Source: Vicugna vicugna (taxonomy: Eukaryota). From it: a stretch of DNA of 64,000 nt. The notes below the pieces were generated by a model, which was not told where the DNA came from, did not search any database, and saw only the letters and a program-made list of their open reading frames with translations. The stretch's first letter is position 1, and the number at the start of each line of letters is the position of its first letter. The position numbers were made by a program, and so were the translations under genes. Location: contig MU058065.1 in the NCBI GenBank assembly GCA_013265495.1, positions 4,624,976-4,688,975 of the forward strand. The letters are read 5' to 3'. Shown here piece by piece: positions 48,001 through 59,722 of this stretch.

Positions 48001-49247
48001 CTTGATTTCGGTGATCACTATTTTTATGATGTTGCACAAATCAGTCTGCTTCTTCGGCTCTCAGATTCCTCATTAGTAAGATGAATGGGTTGAAACAGGT
48101 TAGTGCTTTCCCAAGGGGTCCCAGGTGCCCTCAGAATTGCCTTAGGCTGCAAGAAAGTCCTGGATAAAAGAGGATGAGGATGTCGGGGGTGAATGGACAG
48201 GGTTTCAGTCCTTCCTCCCTGGTTCAGAGAAAGCCAGTGGTACATGTATCTCTGGATATGTTGATGTCATTGACGCCCCATGTAACATTGTGGGTGGGGG
48301 AAAAGAAGGGAGAAAAAAAATTGAAAAGTAGACAAGGGTCTTCCGTTCTCATACACATAAATTATAATCTGGTGAGTTGGGACACCCTTGAAACCCTTGG
48401 GAGTATTTACAAAGCAGTGTAGAGTAAGCTAGACACCTCATAACCACTGTGCTTGGGGATCTGAGGTTGAGTAATGTCAGACTTTATAGACAAATTAGGT
48501 TTGGGAGAGCTCGGTTAAGCTGGAAATGATTAGTAGATGGGTAAGTGACATAAAAGATAATTTTTATAATCCAAGTTAAAAAATAAAGAACATTATGATA
48601 ATATCAATGGCATTCTTTACATTTTAAATGAGTATTCAGTGTAACACGATTGATTTTCATGTGTCTTTGTCTTGATAGAGTAAGGCTCCCTGGCTGCTCG
48701 GGTGATACTGTGGAGTAAAGACAAGGAAGAAGGGGGCAGGCAGGGGGGTGTTACAGAGAAAAGAAGGTCTTGACCGCCTCCTCATCCAGTCGATGGGTTT
48801 ACCGACTTTCGGAGACACTCAAGTTTGATAATAAAATTGTATGACTATTGACCCTGTTTTGAATGCTCTACTCTCTCTTTCAAAGGATTTTTTTTTTCTG
48901 CCTTTTTGAAAAGCACAGGAAATGTAAACTGAACAGATATGTTTTGAATATCCATTTCCACCTCCTTATATATTTGCCACAAAGTATCCGAGCCCTTTCT
49001 AAAGGGGTCCATTTCCATCTCTTTAGCAGCATATTTCAAATATAAAGTAAGAAATGGCTCGAGGATTAAGAGACAGCTTCATTTCTGGTCCTAAATCCTT
49101 CTGTTTCTCTTCATCATCCCAGAATGATCACAGGGTCTTCTGATAGACTGTGAGAGCACAAATAAAGTTATTTGGCAATCACTTGACTCAATGTGTTTGA
49201 ATCTCCCGGTAACCAAATGCTTTACAGATGCTTCATTTAAAAAAAAA

Positions 49248-49260
49248 ATATATATATATA

Positions 49261-49300
<40 letters not shown>

Positions 49301-49325
49301 TGTGTGTGCGCGCGCGCGCGCGCGC
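49248..49325. repeat. Compound (AT)n(GT)n(GC)n microsatellite
   Basis: Alternating purine-pyrimidine tract with one interruption, ending in 8 consecutive CpGs. Confidence 0.97.
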
Positions 49326-49585
49326 TGGGGAAGAAGCATAAGAGAGAATGCAAAACAAGGCAGAGCTGGAAGGGAAGGTTTCAGAGGGGAAGACAAGCAG
49401 AATGCTTCCTCCTCTCTCTCTACCTTTTTTTCTTTTACTGAGGTCTTGAGCTCTTTCTGTCAGTTCTTTCTAGAAAAAAATCGAAGGATGCTGGCCTCTC
49501 TACATAAATCACTTGTTGAGTAGGGGGTGAAATTTTATAAAACAAGTTTGTGTTATTTTCATTAAAAAAAAAAAAACTTCACACT

Positions 49586-49665
49586 GGGGAGAGAAATAGC
49601 TCAGTGGTAGAGTGCATGCTTAGCATGCTGGTCCTGGGTTCAGTCCCCAGTACTGCCATTAAACA
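49586..49665 (+). mobile_element. tRNA-derived SINE (Vic-1 type), short form
   Basis: GGGGAGAGAAATAGCTCAGTGGTAGAGTGCATGCTTAGCATG...GTCCTGGGTTCAGTCCCCAGTACT. Confidence 0.85.
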
Positions 49666-49869
49666 GCACATCACCACCACCAAAATATCTCTCTTTACTA
49701 GCTAGAGAGGTGGATGTCTCTTCCTTTCTTTAATTTTATGCTTCCCTCATACAATCCTCTACTCCACAAAATAGGGTAAAATAAAATAAAATGATGAGTT
49801 GTCCATCGGGAAAAGGAAGTGGTAAAAAAAAAAGTAGAAATTAGATATTTTAAAGTTAAAAATAACTTT

Positions 49870-50290
49870 ATAAGTCTCCTGCTTAAATCCTTAAAACCTC
49901 CTCACTGCTGTCTCAATTAAGTCCCAACTGTGTAACATGGTTTTGCAAGTTCCTTTGTGATCTGGCATCTACTTACCTGTTCAGTCTTAGCTCCTTAACA
50001 AATCTCCTTTCAGACAAGCTGCCAACCTTGCTAAAGCATGTAGATTTCCAGTCTCTCTCTCACTTCTTGGCCCAAACAAAAGGCGAACCCTCTATCTTGA
50101 CCACCTGCCACGCATCTCTCCCTAGTCTTGTTTGGTTTCAGTAAAGATGACACCATCCCCGAAAAATTTTTCTCTCCTATGAGCCTCTTTACTCCATCCC
50201 CCAATTAAAGTCTTCATATAACCTATTTTGATTACATGGGAAGTGAGTGTCTTATTTCCCCAGTTCACACACTCAGATAACAACGCCCTA
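49870..50290 (+). mobile_element. L2 fragment
   Basis: CTCCTGCTTAAA.CCTT...TTAAGTCCCAACT...AACATGG...CCTTTGTGATCTGGC.TCT.CTTACCT. Confidence 0.6.
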
Positions 50291-50524
50291 ACTTAAAAAC
50301 AGATTTCTACAACTCTAATTTTTAAGTATGGTTCAAATTCTAAAAACAGAAAATGCCATGCCTTCCCTTCTAGGTGAATCCAAAGTAATGATTAGTTTGC
50401 TGTCCAGTGTGATAATCCCAGCCAGTGATCTACTCAGCTCAGGTCCCTGTCCATCTTCAGCCCTAAGGACTGTCTAAATTTGGAGGGAGATTTGCAGTAA
50501 TAGTTCCAACTAGAACAGCTAACT

Positions 50525-50690
50525 CTTAACAGGCCCTGCTAAAACCTTCTACATATTTGTTCAGTCCTCACAACCATTCACTGAGGTACTATCATCATTT
50601 GCACAGCTCACAGGAGACTCAGCCTGGATCTGCACCTGGAAACTCTGGGTCCAGAACTCTTACAGACCCAGCTGTATTATCTCCATGAAG
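50525..50690 (-). mobile_element. MIR fragment
   Basis: CAGGCCCTGCTAAAA.CTT.TACATA...TCAGTCCTCACAA.CA...GAGGTACTAT. Confidence 0.55.
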
Positions 50691-52184
50691 CATGCGTCCC
50701 AAACCAACTGAACCAGAATCTCTCCTTCCTAGTGAGCACAGTAGGTGATCATTCAATATCAGATGAATAGAAAGAAAGGAAAATAGAGAAAAAAGAAGAG
50801 GAGGAAGAGGAGAAAGTAAACAAAGAGTCTGCAACCTGCTGTGAAAAGGTAACAGGAAATGCCCCTCCCCCTCCCAACTGTCTCCCATCAGTCTGGCTAC
50901 CCTGTGGCTGTCTATCCACCTGCAATCTGCAGATTCAGTAAGGGGCTGTCAGTCATTACTGCGCACTTCTGCTTGCTGGAAAGGCAGTATAAATCTGTGC
51001 ACGCTCAACTTCTGCATTTTTTAAAAGAATTACTTTGTCATCAAGTTCATAAATTCTCCTGTCCTCAGAGGCTGGCAGAGGTAAAGGCAGACGCAGGATG
51101 GAGTGTGACTGACTCAGGGGAATGCCTGCTGGAGCTTTGCTGACTCGGATCTGGGAAGGTGTGAGAGGCTGTCAGAAGAGCAGCCAGAGATGGAGACAGC
51201 GGAGAGTTCAGGGTAGCGGTTGACGGCAGCGCCCTGCCGGGGATACTGGAAAGTGAAGGGTTTTCTCCTGACTGGCTGCTTCAACACTAACATGCATGTG
51301 ACCTTGAGCAATTCTCTGGATGTTCCTTTCTTTCTCACTTAAAATGGAGGCCATGTTCTGAGTAATTACTTAGGTCTTTTCAAGGCTCAATGCGTTGTGC
51401 CTGTGATCTGCGCTGCTTTGTGTTTCTAAGTGCCCGCTCCCTTTTCAGGCTATGGCTCAGGGTTATTGCTGAATATTTCTTCCATTTTCTCCCAGAAAAA
51501 GACATACTGCTGAGAAGGTGAGGATAGGGGATGAGGAGGGGCAACCTTTCGTGTTATTTGAATTGGCTCCTCCCCAGTCAGTTCTAGGCTCTCCCAGTCC
51601 TAGGAAGAATCATTTCCACACATGCCACTAGCTGCTCTGTCTTCTTAGGTACTCTCTTTAAAAGCTATTTTTAGACCTGAATGCACAGATTCCAAGATAT
51701 CAAGAAATGTGGCAACTGTACGAATATTCTAGTTGTTTCTATTGTGTTGATGTTTCAATTAATAAAAGCAAACTGAACAAAGTAGAAAGTTCTTTTTTCT
51801 CTCTTATAGTGAGCTGCATGCAGAGAATTGTTTAAAAAGTTGAAGAAAAAGCTATAGTATAGAAAGAAGGTAATAATTCTCTTTTGTTCCTTGATTTTTT
51901 AAGACACTGCATCCAATGATTTCCCACAATTATTAACTGCAAATAATTGCAACATTAGAATTCCTTCGATTCATCTTACTGAGTATCACTGGGTATTTGA
52001 GATTTTTACTGAATTATCATGTAAAGGATTTTAAAAATAAATAAGCAAAAGTCACTAGTTAACACTGATACTATCAATGTAATATCTTAGTTGTAGATTT
52101 CTGTCTTCAACAATAACTGCTAATAAATTTGAACAAACAGTCTCTGCATGACAGTTGAGGTAGGAAGCTAGTCATCGTACAGGA

Positions 52185-52265
52185 CGGGCCAATCAGAGTT
52201 GCGGTGCTAAGTCACTTCCCCTCTATTTCTTTTGACTTTCAAATGACAGTCCGCCATTTCCGGTG
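52185..52265. promoter_or_regulatory. Candidate promoter/enhancer motif cluster (CCAAT, ARE, ETS, YY1)
   Basis: GGCCAATCAG (CCAAT at 52189-52193), TGCTAAGTCAC (52205-52215), CACTTCCCC (52213-52221) and CCGCCATTTCCGG (52251-52263), in unique sequence that retains CpGs. Motif evidence only. Confidence 0.45.
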
Positions 52266-52434
52266 GGCTATTTCAACCAGAAAGCAACTGATTTCTTCTG
52301 TTCCCACACCTCTGAGTCTAAAGCTATAACTGGCATCACTGTCTAAAACTCATTGACAAGGTCTGGTTAGATGAAATGCCAAGGTGGGGAAAACAGTCAC
52401 TTCCAACTCTCTCTTTATTTTTGCTCTATGTTCT

Positions 52435-52534
52435 TTTTTGAACTGTTTTTTTTAAATGGAGGTGCTGGGGATTGAACCCAGGACCTCATGCATGTTAAGC
52501 ACATGCTCTAGCACTGAGCTCTATGCTCCCCCCC
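52435..52534 (-). mobile_element. tRNA-derived SINE (Vic-1 type)
   Basis: Antisense GGAGGTGCTGGGGATTGAACCCAGGACCTC...CACTGAGCT.TA...CCCC. TSD TGCTCTATGTTCT (52422-52434) / TGCTATATGTTCT (52535-52547). Confidence 0.9.
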
Positions 52535-52713
52535 TGCTATATGTTCTGAAATGCTTATATCCCTTCTGCTGTGCCTGTGACTGTGCCAGCTTCCCAGTGG
52601 AGATGACAACTGGGCTAATATAAAGGTATAAACACTATAAAATACATATTGGTTAATTGCTAGAAATTTCTGAAGTAAGATCTTTAAGTTTTCATTTCAC
52701 GTTGTAGGGATTA

Positions 52714-53730
52714 AACTGTGGCAACAATGGCCAGTAGCCCTCTTTGGTGAATGATTTGCAAAGATGACTGCAATTGATTCCTCCCAAGTATTTCCATTTC
52801 CTTGAATTTGGAATTACCCTGTGACTGGCACTGACCAACAAAATGTGGCAGAAATGATATTATGTGGCTTTGAAACCAGAACCTGGAGACCTTGTAGTTT
52901 TCTCCCTTTCCCTCTTGGAATCCTGCAGTCATGATGTGGAGAAGCCCAATTAGCTTCTTTCAGAAACAGAGACCACTTGGGGAGAGTGGCTCAGCCAACA
53001 ACCAGCACCAACTGCCAAGCATTGCCAGTGAGGCTATCTTGGACGATCTAGGCTCATGTGCCTTCTGTTCCTCCCCTTTTTGGACAAGAGTGTTTATTAT
53101 GTTTAGGCTGTCACTGTCTCATGACATGTGTTGGCTCTGTGAGTGGCAGGTAATTTGTCTTTTCCGTCCACAAGGCTTTGGATTAAGAGCAGCCATACTT
53201 CAGGTGCTGTATCCCAGGAGCCTCCGAGGTAGCCAGACTTGAGGCAGTTAGCACAATCATGGACTTCCAGTCTGATGCTACCATGGTATGAGGTGTTGGG
53301 GGGGCCTTGAAAGAGGGTGAATATGTTTTGTATGTGGAAGAAAAAGAAACACTGTGACTAGAGAAAGAGTGTGATAGATAATTTCATGGCCAGAAATTCT
53401 GCTCATCACCATTTGGACGCTCATTTCAATGGAGATGGAAACTTTTTTCCTCCGCTCATTTAAGGGTTGACCACTTGATTTAACCAGTAGAATCCAGCAG
53501 AAGTGGCACTTGTGAGAGTCCCAGGCCTAGATCTCAAGAGGTCTTGTAGTTCCTACTTTCCCCTTGGTGGAACACTGACCGGAGACTAGCACACAAAGCT
53601 CAGTCTAGCCTACCAGCAGATGAAGAGCCACGAGGAGCAGAGATGAGCTGAAGCAGCTAACACCCCCTAGACAAAATAGGTGGCAGACAACTCCAAAGAG
53701 GAACTGTGTGAATGAAGTCACCTTAGGCAT
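52714..53730 (+). mobile_element. MaLR relic: MLT1 LTR (about 52714-53045), internal 3' fragment (about 53046-53369) and a second MLT1 LTR (about 53370-53730)
   Basis: Both LTR pieces share the layout TGAC...ACCA..A.AAT..GGCAGAA.TG and CCTTG.AG.TTC.CTTTCCC.TTGGAA. The middle matches MLT-internal 3' text (GGGTGAATATGTTTTGTATGTGG) and ends in a purine tract AGAGAAAGAG just before TGTGATAG. Confidence 0.6.
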
Positions 53731-53854
53731 GACATTTAATGAATAATTAATAATCGTCTACATATGGATAATCGGATTTATCACAAATCTAATTCTTAAG
53801 TAAAATGCACTGAAAAGAGAAAAATGATAGAGCAATATTTTGTCTCAAGTACAT

Positions 53855-54412
53855 TGTAGTAGGCAGCCTCTAAAAAGACCCTCAAGGATCTCTTCCTCCT
53901 ATTATTATTGTGTAATCCTCTCTCCTTGATTGTGAGCTGGACTTATTGCATAATTCTAAGAATTTGAGTAAGGGAGAAGTGATGGAAAGTCACTCTGAAG
54001 ATAGGTTATTAAAAAAAAAAGACTGTGGCTCTTTCCCCTCTTTCCTCCCTCTTTGCCTCTCTCCCTCCCCAACACTCTCTCTTTCTCTTTTATTCCCTGG
54101 GTCAATCCTGTTGAGGGACGAGAGCTGTCTTATGTGGCACGATGAGAAATTGAGGCCCCAAATCCAACAGAAGCCTGCCAATAATCACATGAGTGAGCCT
54201 GAAAGCAGATCCTTCAGCCTTGTTTGAGCCTCGAGATGACTGCAGCGTCGGAAGACAGCTTGGCTGTGACATCGTTGGGAACCTCAAAACAGAAGAATCT
54301 AGTTGAGCACCAATTTAGATTCCCAACCCACAGATGCCATGAGTTAATGTATGTTGTTTTAAGCTGCTAACTTTTGGGATAACTTGTTATGTAGTAATAG
54401 AAAACTAATACA
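53855..54412 (+). mobile_element. MLT1E/F-like solo LTR
   Basis: TGTAGTAGGCAGCCTCTAA...TTTTAAGCTGCTAA.TTTTGGG.TAA.TTGTTATG.AG.AATAGAAAACTAATACA with a perfect 5-bp TSD TACAT at 53850-53854 and 54413-54417. Confidence 0.9.
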
Positions 54413-57400
54413 TACATATTGTAATTTATATATCCATTCATTCAGCAGATACTAAACTGAGCATCTGTTGTGAGCTGCTATAAAGAAAATTATGGATATT
54501 GCGCTTCTTCATAATCTGCCCTCAACTCCAAGAAGGAACATTTTTGGCATGCAAAACATCTTCACTTGAATTATGTTAGCAGGCAAGAAAATGGAGTTCC
54601 TCATGGGTAGACTGTGGAGGGGGTTGGCTATTACAAGAACTCTCACTAATTCCTGGATTTGATAACTCTGTATGATGGCTAGTTCAATAAAAAGTAGCCT
54701 GTGGTATTATCTATACCTTTGCACTGAGTGAATTTTAATGAACGTCTCGGAGCTAGGCAGGAATGTGTTGGCACAGAAAGCCACGCTAAATGTGGCCCGG
54801 GAAACACAATCCCCCACGTACCCTTCAACAGTTACAATCTAGCAGAATAAATACGACAGATGCATAAATAACCATGAAATAAAATGCACCAGAGGAGGTT
54901 GTAGGAGAGAGGGGTCCTTCTGCCAAAGGATATGAAGGTTTTGAAAAGTTCAGAGGATTTTGAAAAAGAAATATGAGGATTTAACAGAATTTCAGAAAGC
55001 AGAAATAACTGAGTTTAAGGTCCAAGGTTTTTGTTGCTGTTGGTTTTAATTTTACTGTTAGTGGTAGTAGGTTGCGTGTTACTCTCAGTGCCAGGCAGGG
55101 GAGTCACTGTGAAGCCATGATCTTTGTCTGCACATATGTGAGATCAGCTGTGAGTAGAGGTGACTTCCCTCCTCATCACCTTCATTAGATTTTTGGCAAT
55201 GGTCGCTCCACACGCAGTTGAATTTTCACTAAAGATAAAAATTCTGTTTTTCAAATAAAATCTCTCTTTAAAATCATGATATGCAGTGGATCAAAATAAA
55301 AAGGCACTGTGTGTACAGAAGGTTACCTGCAATTCAAGACAGTAGAAAGTGCTAAAACTGTTAGACAAGATCATAGAATGTTCAAACCTAGAAGTTAATG
55401 TGATCTGTTCTTGAGTTTTGAAAGCTTAAAGGAGCTAAACATCTGTTAATCTCTTCTGGCTGACTTTTAAGAGACCTTGTATAACTGCTAAAAACAGATA
55501 ATTCACGTGAGAACACACAAAAAATCTAAAATCCTAAAAACAGTGTACCAAATAGAAGGGCAAACTAAATAACTTAGTATTTGTTATATATTTTGAAATT
55601 ATACTCTTAATTTTAAGAATGCTAAAAACATGAACATGGCTAGCATGGGCTTAGGGGAGAAAGTGTTATTTTGGAGCTATGCATAATAACAAAACCCAGA
55701 AAGACCCAACAAATATTCATCTTTTGAAGATGAAATATTACTAAACTCAAATGTAATGCAGAAGAAAACAAGTTATATAATAAGAATAAATATTTACTAG
55801 TATGGCAAAAGGTGACTATTTTAATATAAGATTTCTTATTTGTTCTGGAAAAATTATTATTAAATTGATGACTCGTTTTACAGTTGAAGACAGATAGTCT
55901 TGAACATGCATTTTGCATAAATGAAGAGATAGTAAATGACAAACCGCAGAACATTTCCCAGTCAAAATACCGGTGGCAAGAAATATTCCAAGGATATTGA
56001 TCTTTTGTCATATTATTTGCTTTGCTGTTTCAGAATTGTTTCACATTAATATACATACATATATTTTAAGTAAATTGCCTTTCAGTATCTGCACTGTATT
56101 AGGTAGAGATACTTAATAGTAATCAAATCTAAGTACTTTTGATTTTTTTACGGAATGCTATTATAAAGGCAGATTATTAAAATGAATATAATTATCTATG
56201 CTTGATTTATCTTTTGCAGGGCAGAGTTTTATTAAACTTGATACTCTAAGTGTATTAGGCAAATTCTTAAAACTCAAATTAATAGAATTTCAGCTTCCAG
56301 AGAATCTAAGAACACCCAGCGTTAAGAGCAGAAAGCATTTATAAAGCCAACAGGTAATGGTCAGCTAATGACCTAGGACTTGAGATTGAATTCGGCATCA
56401 CTGGATTGAATTCAATTATAGTCTGTCCTTCATTACCTACACCAGTGAAGAAGAGAGAAAATATAGATAACCCAAAAACTGACACAGGTGTAGTACAGGG
56501 TGGTAACAACTGTGTTTTTCCTCATTGTTTCTGAGTTCCATTCTACATTATAGTTTGTAAGGCATTTGCACTAAGTATTTACCAAATACCAAGGCTGGAT
56601 GAAAAAAGGGTATTTCTTCCTACACAGGCAGGGAGTACTTTCACTTGGAAGGAAAACAGAAACAAAAATAAAAACAATAATAAAATGTGATGCAATATTT
56701 AATACCCACTTTACATAGATATTTTTCTTGGGACATGAAAATTGTATTTCTAGGAATAAAGTTATATTTTAGATATATTAAGGCCTGTTTAACTGCAGTG
56801 TTTTATAGAACAATGCTTTTATTGGATTCAGTTACAACTTTGCTCATTTTTTTTTTAAATCTTGGCCATTCTTAACGAAATGAAGAAATAAATTGTGAAC
56901 CTTGAAGTATATTTCTTCATATATGAAACATCTCTCAGAGCAAAAAAACATATAACTATACGGCACTGTAGATTGTTCTCAAAATTTTTAGAAGGGTCTT
57001 CTGCAAAAGTCTATGTTCATTTCTGAAGTGATAATTCTTCTTAAGTAGACTGATTACCTTATCATAGAATAATTAAATAGGATATTTTAAAAAGTTTTAG
57101 TCAAGGTTTCTTCATGCCTTGCCTACACGTTCCTCATAAGCAGAAGGATTCATTAAAAAATGCAGTTATAAACTTTCACAAGCCAGTCCTTTGGGCTTTT
57201 TTTTTTTCTTTTTTGGTCATGTTCAGGGAAGCCACCATAATCAGAGAGCTGGGGCCTGAATGAAGGACAGCAGGTCAAAATGACATTACATAAGCTCCTC
57301 TAAAGTTACTATTTTTACATAAAAGACCAGAATGTAGCAGGCATCTATAATACGATATTATTCTTAGCAGATGGAAGTTACTTTATGGCAAGTTTTTGAA

Positions 57401-58264
57401 AGAATTACATTCCCTTCATTCCTTCAGCACCTCTTTTATCCTCTTTTAAGATGTTCTCTGCCTGACCTTCCCCACAAAGGAAAAGTCAGCCCAGGTTTTC
57501 TGGGAAATTACGGTCAAGTCATTCAAGATCATCTAAAGACTTGCTCAGACAAAGCTCTTTTCATAACAGCCTCCAAGCCATAGCCCATTGGTAACTGACC
57601 CAGAATAGGACCACTCAAAGCCATACTGCTTTCAGAAAAAGTATTTTTAATGAACTTTACCACTTCCCTTATCAATGAAAACGTTGAAGGTTTGGAGATT
57701 ACTAACACAGATGTGTCAATTATGAATATTTTTTTCCAGACTCCATTTTTGTCTCTTATAGTTTCAGAACTTATCTAAATTCTCAAGAGCCATGTTCAAC
57801 GATTAGTGACAACACGATTAAGTACCCCAGATTCTGTGGCACTAAATCTGTAATTGTCAAACGACTTTCAGTAACATCTCTAGCAGTCAGGCTGCAGGGA
57901 AGGTCTGATAATTTTTTCTCTTCTTTCCTAAAATATGAAGACCCTAGGACTTCAGATTCTGCTAGGCAAACTTCTTACTGATGAGAACTATTATATATTA
58001 TATATTCTACCTGTCTGAATATCTCAGTGGAAAATAATTATTTATGTACATTTCTATACTCCAGCAAATTTCTCTCAAAATCAAAGTCTCAAAGATGAAG
58101 TTATTTGTTCAATCACATATTTTATCAAACCACATCCTAGAAACTCTGGGTTCTAGGGAGATATTTCAACCAAAGCAATTAATAAGTATTTGTTATCCCA
58201 GGTAATACATTCCATTGAAGAACTCATCTCCTGTTTTTCCATATACAAGATGAGGATCAAATGC

Positions 58265-58430
58265 GGGGGTTGCCTTCACCCAGAAGCTGTGTGATTCTAG
58301 ACATGGTATTATATCTCAGTGTGCTTCCATTTTCTCATCTATACAATGGAAATAACAATATTATCCACCTGATGATGCTCGGGGTAGGATTAAGTTGGTT
58401 CATCCATGTGCTCTCAGTGAACGTCAGCTC
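58265..58430 (+). mobile_element. MIR
   Basis: AGCTGTGTGATTCTAGACA.G.TATT.TATCTC.GTG.GCTTCCATTTTCTCATCTATACAATGGAAATAACAATA. Confidence 0.75.
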
Positions 58431-58649
58431 GCACCATTTGCTTTCTCCAAGTGTTTCTCATCAGTACAGACAGATCTTCAGATTTCTTTCAGATTCCCCT
58501 TCCTTTGAAGTTCACTTTTGGTTCTCCCACTAAGAGAGTACAGTTAGATCTTTCATTTATTGAAATTTAAATTATTTATAGCTTGCTTAAATCATCTCTC
58601 CTTCCAAAGATATTTACATTTAAAGAAACATTAAAAATCCCGAGTGTAT

Positions 58650-58830
58650 ATTAAAAACCTAGGTTTTAGACTTAGATTTTGCTCCTGTTAAGTTACTAAC
58701 TGGGTAGTCTTGAACAAGTTAGTTAACTTAGTTTTTCATCTCTTACATTTTATAATTCATTAAATGAAGATAATATTGATCTCACATATTATCATGAGAA
58801 AATTAGCTGGAATCTATTAAGTAAAGATGT
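58650..58830 (+). mobile_element. MIR fragment
   Basis: TTACTAACTGGGTAGTCTTGAACAAGTTAGTTAAC...GTTTTTCATCT...AAATGAAGATAATA. Confidence 0.6.
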
Positions 58831-58834
58831 ATTT

Positions 58835-59200
58835 GATGGTACACTTCCCATTGGAAGAGAGAAAATCTAAGTCCAACTGGCTTAGGGGATTTAACTCACT
58901 TTCCTGAAAAGTTCAAGGAAGAGCTGGCTTCAGGGACACCTGGATCCAGCTGCTCAAAAAATGTCCTCAGGCATTAGCTTCTCTCTCTGTTTAATGAGGC
59001 AGATGTCTTCTCCACCCAAAGGTTCTAATGAAGACCTGAACTGCCACATCTCACACATACATGTAGTTTAGTTCACATGTCCATCCCTGACCAAATGTCT
59101 GTGAACGGTACAGACCAAGTGACCTGGCTTCTGTGCACATTCTGACATGAGGCAAGTCTCCATGGGGATGAAAGAACCTCATTCAGTTTCCTCAGTAATT
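58835..59200 (-). mobile_element. Old MaLR LTR fragment (MLT1J/L-like)
   Basis: CAACTGGCTTA...CTGAAAAGTTCAAGG...CTGGCTTCAGG.ACACCTGGATCCAG..GCTCAAA and TCACATGTCCATCCCTGA.C.AAT. Confidence 0.55.
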
Positions 59201-59677
59201 GGAACTGTTGTAACTATTTTACATAGATATACACACATATCATATATCATGGAATATATTGTGCATATGACATATATGCTAACATACGTGACATTATAAT
59301 AATTATACACGGTATGTATGTATTTTATACCTTTTTAACTCATCTTGTTTAAAGATGCCACAATTGTCTATTGGTATTTGAGTAGTAACAGTGGATGGTT
59401 AAAGTAGAAGGGAAGTTTTACAGGCTAATTTTACATCTGGCACCACTGGTTTATTGGATCAAATACAAAACTCATATGAATGTGGTTAATACCGAGTATT
59501 GCATTTGGTAATGCATTTTGTTCATTTTATGCCCCCTTTAAAGTGCGTATCTGTGCATGTCACTTTCAAACTAGCACCAGGGGGTTTATAAACATTATAG
59601 TACCACAGTACAGGGCTGCCAAATGAGAATTTGGAAATTTAACTACAGTACAGCTGGCCACAGATATAGAAGTGGTT

Positions 59678-59722
59678 AAAAAAAAAAGAAGAAGAAGAAG
59701 AAGAAGAAGAAAAGAAAAGGAA
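59678..59722. repeat. A-run plus (GAA)n polypurine microsatellite
   Basis: Directly visible. Confidence 0.93.

Noticed and set aside
52156..52172. TGAGGTAGGA, resembling the let-7 5' end
   Set aside because: Similarity ends after about 10 nt and there is no complementary arm for a pre-miRNA hairpin.
44881..52534. tRNA genes at 44881, 49586 and 52435
   Set aside because: They have A and B boxes but also A-rich tails, TSDs in two cases and no intact cloverleaf, so they are SINEs.
55627..55650. Clustered CATG motifs resembling a p53 site
   Set aside because: Spacing and flanks do not fit two RRRCWWGYYY half-sites.
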